The translations under genes were made by a program, and so were the position numbers. Below, piece after piece: positions 30,803 to 40,440 of a stretch of 64,000 nucleotides of DNA (its first letter is position 1; each line of letters begins with the position of its first letter). Under the pieces are notes generated by a model. That model was not told where the DNA came from and did no database searches. It saw only the letters and a list, made by a program, of their open reading frames with translations. Source of the stretch: Candidatus Poribacteria bacterium (GTDB lineage: Bacteria; Poribacteria; WGA-4E; JAJDTR01); contig CBDCTK010000002.1 of the NCBI GenBank assembly GCA_965222225.1, positions 832,001 through 896,000 of the forward strand, written 5' to 3'.

Positions 30803-31474
30803 TCAGCTCTTGCGCGCTGTGCCATTTGTAGCGCTTATGAGTTCCTCAAGCGACATATCTGCCAAAGAGAACAACTGCAGATCAGCCAATTCAAACGACG
30901 AATGCCGTGTGATTGCATTTGGAACTGCCACACAGAATATACCGGCTCGTTTGGCAGCTGTCACGCCGTTGAGCGAATCCTCAAATACTATGGCTTCGTC
31001 CTCCGCCACCCTTAATTCTTGCAAAGCTTCCAGATACAGGGCAGGATCGGGCTTTACTCGCTCAACGTCCTCAGAACATTTAATCGTACTAAAGTGATGT
31101 TCGAGTTTCAATCTGGATAAGTTGTCGACTACCCAACTCCTCGGAGAGCTGGAAGCAACACCGAGCCGTAGTCCTAGTGTTTGGGCCTCGGCGATTCGAT
31201 CTTTTACGCCAGGCAAGACCGATTGCAAATCTATCAAACTGCTCTTCAGCGCATTCCGTTTCTGATGGAGTTCCGCTCGATCGAGGGGGTGTCCAAGCTG
31301 TGCTTCAAGATAGTCATACGGGTCAAAGGCATCTGCTGTACCAACGCACTTCAACCACTCCGATATGGGCAACGAGCAACCGTAGTCTTGATATATTTCC
31401 TGCCAAGATTGGTAGACGGGACTTTCAGTGTCAAGGATAAGTCCATCGAAATCGAAGATTACAGCCTTTATCAT
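30803..31474 (-). CDS. HAD-family phosphatase (beta-PGM/YhcW-like)
   Basis: IFDFDGLILDTE, ASSS, KPDP, FEDSLNG. Confidence 0.92.
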   Translation of the reverse strand: MIKAVIFDFDGLILDTESPVYQSWQEIYQDYGCSLPISEWLKCVGTADAFDPYDYLEAQLGHPLDRAELHQKRNALKSSLIDLQSVLPGVKDRIAEAQTLGLRLGVASSSPRSWVVDNLSRLKLEHHFSTIKCSEDVERVKPDPALYLEALQELRVAEDEAIVFEDSLNGVTAAKRAGIFCVAVPNAITRHSSFELADLQLFSLADMSLEELISATNGTARKS

Positions 31475-31475
31475 G

Positions 31476-32501
31476 TTAATTTTTCTTGATTTTCCCCCAA
31501 ACCGACGCAAGCTTGAACATAGGTTCAACAGCGGTTGACACAACTCCGGCGTCATATTCTTCGACAGTCATTAGAATTTCTGGTCCGATGTTTGCCACAA
31601 CGCCTCCCAGAGCATAAACCTTTCCATCAACTTCCCCCGACTGCAGGAAGACACGGGGCGTAGGCATATTCAGCTTTGTCGTCCATTGATCGAGCGCCGG
31701 GTAGTATTCCTCTACGGCCTGAACACCCGGTCCTTGGATGAATGTTGTTCCGCCGATGGTATAAATCCTATCATTCAGGACCTCAGCCGCAAATGCGGTT
31801 CGTCCTGTTGGCATATCTGTTTTGGTAGCCCATGAATCTGTTAGCGGGTCGTATTCCTCAACCATTGACAAGACTGGCCCCTGAACCGCAGGTGCTCCGC
31901 CAATAACGTAAATTTTTCCATTGACGGCTGCAGCAGCCATACCCGATCTCGGATTTGGCATATCCGCTTTCCTTGTCCACGAGTCCGTCGCTGGATCATA
32001 CTCTTCAACCGACGCCAGAACGGGACCTAGATTTGTTGCTATACCGCCGATGGCGTATATCTTTCCGTTAACCGTGGCGGTCGAGAACAATGCTCGAGCG
32101 GTGGGTATATCAGCTCGCTGCATCCAAGTATCCGTTGCCGGATTGTACTCTTCAACCGTTGGAATCGCGGGTTCGGTATCGGTCCAACCCCCGATTACGT
32201 ATAGTTTGCCATCAACGACGGCGATGGACATCCCGGCTCGCGCGGTTGGCATGTCTGCGCGTTCACTCCATTCGTCCGTCGACGGGTTGTAGGCATGTGT
32301 GCTCGGAAGGACCTGCGCAAGCATTCCACCCATAACATAGACGAGCCCATCTGTCGCACTAGCAGAGAAAAACAACCGTGGACCCATCATATCCGCCTTT
32401 TGATTCCACTGCTCCACCTGTGCGAAGCCCACCCTAGGAAGGACTGCAATCAGACTCACTGTAAATGCAACAATCAAAACGTAGCATCGGTTCATAGTCA
32501 T
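31476..32501 (-). CDS. Secreted Kelch-repeat protein with AVEPxxKLAxxWGxIK tail
   Basis: Signal peptide; six YxxGG...Y..W repeats (e.g. KIYAIGG, VEEYDP, W..KADMP); GGAG RBS. Confidence 0.92.
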   Translation of the reverse strand: MTMNRCYVLIVAFTVSLIAVLPRVGFAQVEQWNQKADMMGPRLFFSASATDGLVYVMGGMLAQVLPSTHAYNPSTDEWSERADMPTARAGMSIAVVDGKLYVIGGWTDTEPAIPTVEEYNPATDTWMQRADIPTARALFSTATVNGKIYAIGGIATNLGPVLASVEEYDPATDSWTRKADMPNPRSGMAAAAVNGKIYVIGGAPAVQGPVLSMVEEYDPLTDSWATKTDMPTGRTAFAAEVLNDRIYTIGGTTFIQGPGVQAVEEYYPALDQWTTKLNMPTPRVFLQSGEVDGKVYALGGVVANIGPEILMTVEEYDAGVVSTAVEPMFKLASVWGKIKKN

Positions 32502-32632
32502 TTTCTCCGTAGCGATATGCGAATATCTCGTGTAGGGAATGGCGATCATTATTCCCTACACGACAAGAGTTTTTCAACACGAGACAATCGCAGAAATCAT
32601 CATTTCTGCTTTTTGCGTAAGTCCTATATTCC

Positions 32633-33916
32633 TTAATTCTGCCCTGTCATGTCTAAACAGACCATCTCATTCTCATTTCGCGCATAGAGCCTGCCGTTGG
32701 CAAGCGTTGGCACCGTCCAACACAGTCCACTCAAGACTTCTGCACTCGCAACCTCATTATACGCGGAAGGTGTCGCCTCTGCTAACCCCAACTTGCCGCG
32801 GTCACTGAGAATAATCAGGTGCTCGTCTGCAAGCATGAGCGTGCCTTTACCGAACCCACGTGTTTTCCATTGTTCCATGCCGGTGTTTGCATCAATGCAT
32901 TTCAAGATAGCGTTGTCAAAGCCATAAAGGTAATCGCCATGCAAAACCGACGTGGCAAAATGGTTCTTCATGTCCTGATTTTTCCAGATTTCTTCAACCT
33001 TCATCTCAACAGGTTCTCGGTGGCTCATGCCCCCTTCACCTTCTCCAGTGGTAGATCCTGCGGACATCATAACCCGAACCCTTACGACCGCAGCTCCCTT
33101 GCCATACCCGGAGGAAATGAAGATTTTGTCCGGTGCAATAAAAACGGGAGTGGCGGCGTTGACATCATACTCCGTCTGCCAAGGGTACGTCCAGTAAAGG
33201 TTTCCGTTTTCGGGTGAAACCGAAACCAACTGAGTACCCGTGAAGACAATGAGTTGCCGAATCCCATCAATTGTAACAGCAATAGGCGAGGAGTATCCAA
33301 GAATGTCCGTATGCGAACTCCAGACGACATCACCGCCTTTTTTATCAAAAGCGACGATAGATTTTCCATCCTTACCACCCACCTCAACCAGAAGCAAGTC
33401 ACCTTCAACCAACGGCGACGTGCAGCCACCCCATCTAGGTATTTTGCTTCCGAACTCTTCTTGCAAATCGTGCGACCATGCCTTCTCTCCATTTTCGGTA
33501 TTCAAAGCGTACAATTTACCTTGCGCGGTAACCGTGAAAAGGAGCTCTCCATCGATGGTCGGAGTTGCACGAGGCCCATTGCCGCCCTGCGACTCGTGGT
33601 AGTTGCTATCAGATCGAAACCGCCAAACCTCTTCCCCATTTGACGCATTGAGACAAACGACAAATTCATCGTCCGCTTCCGAGAACATCGTGTAAATACG
33701 CTCACCAACAACAGAAATTCCGGAAAATCCTTCTCCGAGTGAAACTTTCCAGAGGACTTGGGGGCCACTGTCTGCCCATTCTTTGAGAAGTCCCGTTTCC
33801 TCGGAGATTCCATTGCGATTGGGACCACGCCACTGTGACCAATCCGCAGCACCGACGATTGAGACGACGCCATAAAGCAACACGCATATGATTAAGAACC
33901 CTGTAATTTTCTTCAT
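32633..33916 (-). CDS. Secreted PQQ-like (BamB-type) beta-propeller protein
   Basis: Signal peptide then DWSQWRGPNRNG; repeated TG/xxW blades; WTVPTLANGRLYAR. Confidence 0.88.
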   Translation of the reverse strand: MKKITGFLIICVLLYGVVSIVGAADWSQWRGPNRNGISEETGLLKEWADSGPQVLWKVSLGEGFSGISVVGERIYTMFSEADDEFVVCLNASNGEEVWRFRSDSNYHESQGGNGPRATPTIDGELLFTVTAQGKLYALNTENGEKAWSHDLQEEFGSKIPRWGGCTSPLVEGDLLLVEVGGKDGKSIVAFDKKGGDVVWSSHTDILGYSSPIAVTIDGIRQLIVFTGTQLVSVSPENGNLYWTYPWQTEYDVNAATPVFIAPDKIFISSGYGKGAAVVRVRVMMSAGSTTGEGEGGMSHREPVEMKVEEIWKNQDMKNHFATSVLHGDYLYGFDNAILKCIDANTGMEQWKTRGFGKGTLMLADEHLIILSDRGKLGLAEATPSAYNEVASAEVLSGLCWTVPTLANGRLYARNENEMVCLDMTGQN

Positions 33917-34046
33917 TAATAATCCTTCCCATTACAATCCATACTTCATTTTATTACAACAAAACCGCATCAGACCAAGATTTGACCCCAAGATGCAATT
34001 GCCCAATACGATTGCCAACTCCCGTGCACAATAATACGCGCCTATT

Positions 34047-36830
34047 TTAGCTTACACGGAGGTGAGTATTTTCAATAGGTTCGACGCCGTTAGGGATCTC
34101 GCCGGTTTCCTTTATATGGTCAATAATTCCGCGCTTATCGGCGTAGACATTTTCTGTTCGCTTCATCCATTTGGGATCTAGTTCGTCCATGTCTACTTCA
34201 ACAGTAAGTGGAGAACGGGCGACACGCACACGATGAATAGAGTTGCCGGCTTTCTTAAGCCCGATAGATTCAAGAAAGCCTTTGAGGTATTGTGCAACGC
34301 CTTTTCGGTTATTCTCTAACTGCTCTCGCATTAGCTGAAGTTCGCGAATCTCTTCTTGAAGAATTTTGATGTGACCGTCCAGAATCTTCTGTTGAGTACG
34401 AATGTTTTTTATGTAAGCAGCACAGTTGTGAATCTTCTCATCGAATGCGAGGTCAAGCGTCTCGAATTGTGAACTATCAAAATCCTCACCTTCAAGTACA
34501 AAGAGACTTTCTTCTATCTCGGCGGGAACGTCGTATAACTTGAATGTATCTGTCATTGTGCGTAGCACGGGAGGATGTGTGCCGTGCCCGTGGTCCATTT
34601 CCAACTTGTAGCGATTCTCTCTCCTCTGGTTTACCAAAATACATGGCAATCCCATAAACTGCATTCCGCCTTTTATCACGGCCTGCCCCTTCTCTGTCGT
34701 TCGGAGACTACCGTGTAGTGAATCTCGGGATAATAGTCCATTTTGAACGAGTTGAAATGCTAAATGTTTCCATTCCTCTTTACTATGCTCTGAACCGATA
34801 CCATAGATTGGGAGTCTATCATGCCTGCTCTTGATAACTTTCTGCGATTTTGAACCACGTAGGACATTAATAATGTGACTCTCGCCGAAAAATTCCCCTG
34901 TCTGAACAGCACATGAGAGAAATTGTTGAGCCCGTGTGGTCAAGTCAACTTTTTCCTTTTGTTCATTCAGGCAATTGTCACACATCCCACAACTTTCACT
35001 CTCGTATTGCTCGCCAAAGTAGGCTAACAGTTCCTTACGTCTGCATTCTGTCGAAGTCGCCCAATCAACAATCATGTTTAATCGCTCCAACCGTCCCTCG
35101 CGCTCGGAGGACGCACCTTGATCGATGAAATGCCTGATGGTGTCCATATCCGCCCAGCTGAACAGTAGGAGACACTCCGCACGATTCCCGTCCCGTCCAG
35201 CGCGACCAATTTCCTGATAGTAAGATTCCGGTTCTTTCGGTAAGCCTACGTGTAGCACGAAGCGCACATCCTCTTTATCTATCCCCATCCCGAAGGCAAC
35301 CGTCTCCACTATCACCCGGATTTCGCCGGAAATAAAAGCGTTCTGATTCTGACTACGAATATCGCTATCCAACCCCGCGTGATACGGGAGTGCCAGAATG
35401 CCCCGTTGCGTTAATTCTTCAGCCAACGATTCAACTTGTTCTCGTGTTTGACAGTAAATTATACCGGATTCCTCCCGATGTTTGTTGAGAAACACGAGAG
35501 ACTGTTCACGCGACTCAACTTTCGGTTCAACCGCGAGGAAAAGATTCTCCCTGTCAAGATTAGCAATAAATTGATGTTCCTCTCGAATCCTGAGCAAGTG
35601 CCTGATGTCTTCTTGAACGCGCGGCGTGGCAGTGGCTGTGAGCGCGAGGCAGACAGCCTGCGGATACCGTTCTCGTACAGAGACTAACTCTCGATATTCT
35701 GGACGAAAATCGTATCCCCACTCTGAAATACAGTGCGCTTCATCAATAGCAAGACATGAGATATTTGATTCGTCTAGCATCAACAGTATTTCGGGGCGCA
35801 TGAGCGTTTCAGGAGCCATATAGAGCAACTTGATTTCACCCCGTTTTACACGCTGCATCGTGTCAAGGTATTCTGGATGACCGAGGGTGCTGTTGAGAAA
35901 AACACCGCTGACATCACGCTGTTGTAACTGCATGACTTGGTCCTGCATTAATGAAATTAGCGGAGAAATGACAACGGTTACACCATCGAAGATGAGCGCA
36001 GGCACTTGGTAACAGAGCGACTTCCCTCCCCCCGTCGGTAGAACAATGAGTAGATCATGCTGCTTGAGGATGTGGTCGATGATTCCCTCTTGTAACGGCC
36101 GGAATTGTACATGCCCGAACACATTTTGGAGAATCTCTAGGGGCGTCCGAAGCAGCATTTGAGCTGAAGAAGATTCCACGTCAATGGGGCATTCAAGTTC
36201 TTCCTGTTTTGCCTCTTCGAGAAACCATCCGGAAAGCTGTGCGTAGCAACGCAATTCTGCGTCTGGTGTGTTTTCCGGTCGCCACCAATGTGCTAGTGAG
36301 ACGCGGAGGAGCGTGCCTGCGGGAATAACTTCAAGTGGTTCTTGAAAACCGACAAAGGTGAGCGTGCACCCACCATTTTCAGTGGGATAACGATACCGCA
36401 CCCTCCTTCCTTCTGTATCGCGGGTGAGCGGCCAGTCCGGTCGCCAAAACGTTGTGCTGTAGGGTGGAATACCGCTCCGCTCAGCGACGTAAAGCGGGCC
36501 TCTCTCGGTGTTTTGAAACAACCCTTCATAAAGTGTGTTTGGCCCCCCGCTTCTCGAAGGCATTAAGAGTTCAATGGCACTTACTAGCTCTCTCACGGTG
36601 AGGAAGTGCTCCCTCTCATAAACAACAATATTTTCGTTATGCGGTGCAATCAGCGAAGTTTCAGGCTCAGACGAAATTACCCAAATATCACCAACGTTAT
36701 ATTCACGATTCGCTCCGTCATGTGGGTCGGCGTCGAACGGAACGAGGCGGACGCTTTCTCCCTGCTCCGTAATCGCGCCAATGCAAGCGCCGCCACCCAT
36801 TCGGGTTTTCGCAACAATCAGAACTTTCAT
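34047..36830 (-). CDS. recQ: RecQ-family helicase fused to an N-terminal dual-OB-like domain and a C-terminal siphovirus Gp157-like domain (no HRDC)
   Basis: LPTGGGKSLCYQ, SPLISLMQDQV, DEAHC, ALTATA, YHAGL, QEIGRAGRDG, Zn-site CRR..CGMCDNC, WH; extra about 200 aa N-terminal and about 170 aa C-terminal. Confidence 0.9.
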   Translation of the reverse strand: MKVLIVAKTRMGGGACIGAITEQGESVRLVPFDADPHDGANREYNVGDIWVISSEPETSLIAPHNENIVVYEREHFLTVRELVSAIELLMPSRSGGPNTLYEGLFQNTERGPLYVAERSGIPPYSTTFWRPDWPLTRDTEGRRVRYRYPTENGGCTLTFVGFQEPLEVIPAGTLLRVSLAHWWRPENTPDAELRCYAQLSGWFLEEAKQEELECPIDVESSSAQMLLRTPLEILQNVFGHVQFRPLQEGIIDHILKQHDLLIVLPTGGGKSLCYQVPALIFDGVTVVISPLISLMQDQVMQLQQRDVSGVFLNSTLGHPEYLDTMQRVKRGEIKLLYMAPETLMRPEILLMLDESNISCLAIDEAHCISEWGYDFRPEYRELVSVRERYPQAVCLALTATATPRVQEDIRHLLRIREEHQFIANLDRENLFLAVEPKVESREQSLVFLNKHREESGIIYCQTREQVESLAEELTQRGILALPYHAGLDSDIRSQNQNAFISGEIRVIVETVAFGMGIDKEDVRFVLHVGLPKEPESYYQEIGRAGRDGNRAECLLLFSWADMDTIRHFIDQGASSEREGRLERLNMIVDWATSTECRRKELLAYFGEQYESESCGMCDNCLNEQKEKVDLTTRAQQFLSCAVQTGEFFGESHIINVLRGSKSQKVIKSRHDRLPIYGIGSEHSKEEWKHLAFQLVQNGLLSRDSLHGSLRTTEKGQAVIKGGMQFMGLPCILVNQRRENRYKLEMDHGHGTHPPVLRTMTDTFKLYDVPAEIEESLFVLEGEDFDSSQFETLDLAFDEKIHNCAAYIKNIRTQQKILDGHIKILQEEIRELQLMREQLENNRKGVAQYLKGFLESIGLKKAGNSIHRVRVARSPLTVEVDMDELDPKWMKRTENVYADKRGIIDHIKETGEIPNGVEPIENTHLRVS

Positions 36831-37315
36831 GGCACAATATGCTCCAATTCCAACTTGAATACTGTTGCTAGTCTGTCTGCTACCAATGAGCGGTGACAGG
36901 CTTCGGGATTCCTCTCAACACAAAAGAGCGCCACAACCTGTGCGTTCGCCTCAAGATTTTTCAGTAGGCTGTGGGGGTCAAACTCTGCAAGACATTCGGT
37001 GTGATAAGCCGCGATAAACGCCTTGCCCAATGCCGTACGCTTACGTTTGACAATTTTCGTCGCTTTGTCTGCTTTTACCTGCTTATCACGGACCGTTTTT
37101 GTTGGCGCGAGATCTTTGCGGTGAATATAGCGAATACCCAACTCTGCCAGCCGATTCTGCAGGCGTTGACTATTGGCAAACGCATAAGTTGACCCGCGCA
37201 ACCCCCGTCGGGAACGAATATCACAGAATGTATCAACGTTCGCATCACGTAACGCCCCGAAGAAACTAGCTTCATCAAACCCGTATACCCCGATGGTGAC
37301 AACTTTGGGTTTCAT
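36827..37315 (-). CDS. DUF488 family protein
   Basis: TIG, CDIR, IRYIH..DLAP, LFCVE...CHR; stop overlaps recQ start (ATGA). Confidence 0.88.
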   Translation of the reverse strand: MKPKVVTIGVYGFDEASFFGALRDANVDTFCDIRSRRGLRGSTYAFANSQRLQNRLAELGIRYIHRKDLAPTKTVRDKQVKADKATKIVKRKRTALGKAFIAAYHTECLAEFDPHSLLKNLEANAQVVALFCVERNPEACHRSLVADRLATVFKLELEHIVP

Positions 37316-37321
37316 GGCTAA

Positions 37322-37879
37322 TCACTGGTACCGCTTACGCGACTGGAACGCATCTCCACCAAACAACTGCATCTGTCCCCCCGTGAGGCGATTGATGATA
37401 TGCATCTGAGACCGTAGCTCATTGTTTTCATCAATATGAGTTATCTGTATGTTCCGCCTTTGCAGTGTCTCTCCGATGAGTTTGCTCCGATGACAGTTCT
37501 CCGGTTTTCCCTCACTGCACATGAGGACAACGCGTTGCTTTTGCGCGACAGCCGTTTGAAGGCGTTTAATTCCGAACTGATAGCGTCCGGTCTTCTTCAC
37601 CCTTTCGTAGTCTACCTTCCCGTTCACATCATAGCACTCTTCATCGTCGGGCTGGCCGCCCAGAGTGTCACCCATGAAAACATACCGAACTCCTTGTCGT
37701 TGCAACTCCGCCTCCAGCGGCTCTCTGGAAAATTCAGGTTTATAGCGCGAATAGGGAGCAGACCGCACGTCAATCAGATACGCAATCTCATGCTCTTGTA
37801 GCACTTCAATGAATTCATCGACCGAACGGCTACCGTAGCCGATGGTATAAATGGTGACCGTTTCTTGGGATTTTTCCAT
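37322..37879 (-). CDS. DUF488 family protein
   Basis: IYTIGYG, LIDVRSAPYSR, YVFMGDTLGG, LMCSE...CHR. Confidence 0.92.
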   Translation of the reverse strand: MEKSQETVTIYTIGYGSRSVDEFIEVLQEHEIAYLIDVRSAPYSRYKPEFSREPLEAELQRQGVRYVFMGDTLGGQPDDEECYDVNGKVDYERVKKTGRYQFGIKRLQTAVAQKQRVVLMCSEGKPENCHRSKLIGETLQRRNIQITHIDENNELRSQMHIINRLTGGQMQLFGGDAFQSRKRYQ

Positions 37880-37890
37880 GTCCGGGAGAT

Positions 37891-37919
37891 ATTATCACAC
37901 AGTGCAGAACGAAAACCAA
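37891..37919 (-). promoter_or_regulatory. Putative extended -10 promoter for the DUF488-DUF488-RecQ operon
   Basis: Minus strand TTGGTT-17 bp-GATAAT with TGn; ATG 11 nt downstream of the -10 box. Confidence 0.45.
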
Positions 37920-37949
37920 CGGATAAACACCGCGATTCCCACTCGAGGT

Positions 37950-39296
37950 TTACGTATATCGCGCATTTTGATATTTAGGTGCGTAAAACTCCGGCAACAA
38001 CCCATCCACCTGAAGTAAGCCTTTCCGTGTCAATTCCACTGCATCTTGGTGAAAGGTCAACATACCCTCGTCTTGCAGCTTTTTATATGTCATTCCAAAT
38101 TCTTCCAAAATGTCGGCATTAAACTTCTCGCGGAAATAGGCTGTGTCTATCTTCCCCATTTTCAATTGCAGTATCATTTCCCGTGTTAGTCGCTCTGATG
38201 GGGTGGTCAAAAACGCGCGACTCAACGGCAGCCGGTCTGCTTCGATCGAACCGATGTAATCCTGCCAACTTGTCGCATTCTGATAATGTGCGCCATTGAT
38301 ATGCGAAAAGGAAGCAACGCCTGTACCCATCATGTCGCTCCCCTGCCAGACCGCATTGCGGTAGACAAACTTGCACGGTTTGTCTTTCTTAACCATTGTG
38401 TATGCGCTAGAGTTCCCGTATCCAGCCAGTTCAAACTGCTCAAATGCATAATTATGCCATTCGCGTTTGGTTTTCCAATTTGCCACAGGCAAGGCTTCGC
38501 CACCAAGAATATTCTGTGAATAGGTGGCGTTAAACGGCAATTCCATCTGATACACGGTAATACTGTCGGGATTCAAATCGATAGTCTGTCTGACTGTTTC
38601 GCGCCAACTCTCCCACGTCTCGCCAACCATGCCTGCAATCAAGTCTATGTTGACCTGATCGAAATCGAGCGCTTCAATCCACGGCATCACACGAAAGACT
38701 TCCTTAGAAAGATGCGCTCTCCCGTTTTCCGCCAAGATTTCGTCGTTGAGATTTTCGACACCGAGGCTAAGTCGGGTTACACCAATTTCCCTGATAGCTT
38801 CTAACTTCGTTTGCGTCAGAGTACCGGGTTCACACTCAAATGCGATTTCGTCCGCACCGTCCCACGAAATCGCTTTTTTCAACCGATCGACAAGCGCTTT
38901 CAAATGTTTGGCGCTTATGTAGGATGGCGTCCCCCCGCCAAAGTAGACGAACGACAGGTGCCTTCCCCTAACAATCGGCATTCTACTGTATAATTCGACC
39001 TCTTTAGCCAATGCATCAAGATAGGTCTCGATTTCAGAACTATTTTTGTCAGTATAAACCCGAAAATAACAGAATTTACACCGTTTTCGGCAAAACGGAA
39101 TGTGTAGATAGAGACCCAACATTGCCCCTGGCAATGCAGGCGCATTCAACACCGTCCTCGCATCGGGGACAGCTTCTTTGCTCCAGAAAGAATACGGTGG
39201 ATAGTTCGAGACAAAGACGCTTCCGACTTCCGTGTTTTCCGATTCTAGCCGTGTAGTCGCGGGTTCTGACTTCACTCTTTTGCCTTGATTACTCAT
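37950..39296 (-). CDS. HemN-like (class C) radical SAM enzyme
   Basis: LYLHIPFCRKRCKFC, YFGGGTPS, RLSLG, NIDLIAG; N-terminal SNYPPYSFW; GGGAG RBS. Confidence 0.9.
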   Translation of the reverse strand: MSNQGKRVKSEPATTRLESENTEVGSVFVSNYPPYSFWSKEAVPDARTVLNAPALPGAMLGLYLHIPFCRKRCKFCYFRVYTDKNSSEIETYLDALAKEVELYSRMPIVRGRHLSFVYFGGGTPSYISAKHLKALVDRLKKAISWDGADEIAFECEPGTLTQTKLEAIREIGVTRLSLGVENLNDEILAENGRAHLSKEVFRVMPWIEALDFDQVNIDLIAGMVGETWESWRETVRQTIDLNPDSITVYQMELPFNATYSQNILGGEALPVANWKTKREWHNYAFEQFELAGYGNSSAYTMVKKDKPCKFVYRNAVWQGSDMMGTGVASFSHINGAHYQNATSWQDYIGSIEADRLPLSRAFLTTPSERLTREMILQLKMGKIDTAYFREKFNADILEEFGMTYKKLQDEGMLTFHQDAVELTRKGLLQVDGLLPEFYAPKYQNARYT

Positions 39297-40440
39297 CGTC
39301 TCCCTTTCTGCCGAAACAGTATAAAATCCCGTCGTCCGATCCAATCACCAACTTACCACCGCCAACGCTCGCTGAGGCCATGATCGAAGCCCCGGTAACA
39401 AATTCCCAAACTTGTTCGCCCGAATGAATATTCAACCCGTATATGACTCCGCCCGTGGTTCCAAAAAACACCCGTTCGCCAGCGATGACTGGCGACGAAT
39501 CCACTCGCGACTTCACAGGGGAACTCCACAGCAGATCGCCGGTTTCCGGCTTGAGAGCGTGAATCATCTTATCCCTGCCACCGACAATGAGGACATCGTT
39601 GGTAACAGCAGCAGAAGCATAGAACGGGAACTGTATCTTCGGATTCTCGTAGCGCCAAAGTATTGTCGCGCTTTGCAAGTCAATTCCTAACACTCGATTA
39701 CCGAACGTTCCTGCATAAACGCGATGATTCAGCGTTGCCGGGCTGGCGGCGATGTAATCCCCCAGCTCTATACGCTTTTCCTCCTGACCGTTTTCCAAAC
39801 TGATGAGGCGAAGGTAACTATCACACCCGGTGACAACCGCGGCTCCGTTAGAAACCGCTGGAGAGCCATGCACATAACCTTCGGTTTGAAATTTCCAAAT
39901 CAGAGAACCGTCAGCAATGGACAAACAGTAAAGATACTGATCGTAGGAACCGAAGATAACGCGACCCTTGGCAAAGGTTGCCGATGAAATAATACCCGCC
40001 CCAGTACGGAAAATCCACAGTTTCGCGCCGTTCTTTGCATCGACCGCGTGAAAATCACCCGTTTCATCGCCGAAGTAGACCACTTCTCCATATACAGACG
40101 GAGACGATTTAATTTCGTTCGAGGCTTTGTACTTCCACTTGGGTTCCCCGGTAAGGAGGTTGACCGCATACAGATGCCCGTCCCACGAGCCTACATACAC
40201 GGTCTTTCCCGCGATGGCTGCCGTCGATTCAATCCCTTCCCCGGATTGATAGGTCCATAGAAGTTCAAGATCGTCGGGTAATTTGCTGGTAGCAACCCCC
40301 GTTAGCGCCGAATTGCCTCGGAAGCTAGGCCAATCTTCCGATGAAACCGCACCTCGTCCAACCGAGTGAAGCAGAATACAACCTAGAAAAACGTAAATCG
40401 TAATGCATGATACCCGAGAGAGTTTAGTAGGCTGACTCAT
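39289..40440 (-). CDS. Secreted PQQ-like (BamB-type) beta-propeller protein
   Basis: DWPSFRG followed by regular SSP...VYxG..DG.LYA...TG...W repeats. Confidence 0.9.
   Translation of the reverse strand: MSQPTKLSRVSCITIYVFLGCILLHSVGRGAVSSEDWPSFRGNSALTGVATSKLPDDLELLWTYQSGEGIESTAAIAGKTVYVGSWDGHLYAVNLLTGEPKWKYKASNEIKSSPSVYGEVVYFGDETGDFHAVDAKNGAKLWIFRTGAGIISSATFAKGRVIFGSYDQYLYCLSIADGSLIWKFQTEGYVHGSPAVSNGAAVVTGCDSYLRLISLENGQEEKRIELGDYIAASPATLNHRVYAGTFGNRVLGIDLQSATILWRYENPKIQFPFYASAAVTNDVLIVGGRDKMIHALKPETGDLLWSSPVKSRVDSSPVIAGERVFFGTTGGVIYGLNIHSGEQVWEFVTGASIMASASVGGGKLVIGSDDGILYCFGRKGDDE

Noticed and set aside
34047-34556. Gp157-like segment as evidence of a prophage
   Set aside because: No other phage genes, integrase or att sites nearby; the segment is fused in frame to RecQ and lacks its own RBS
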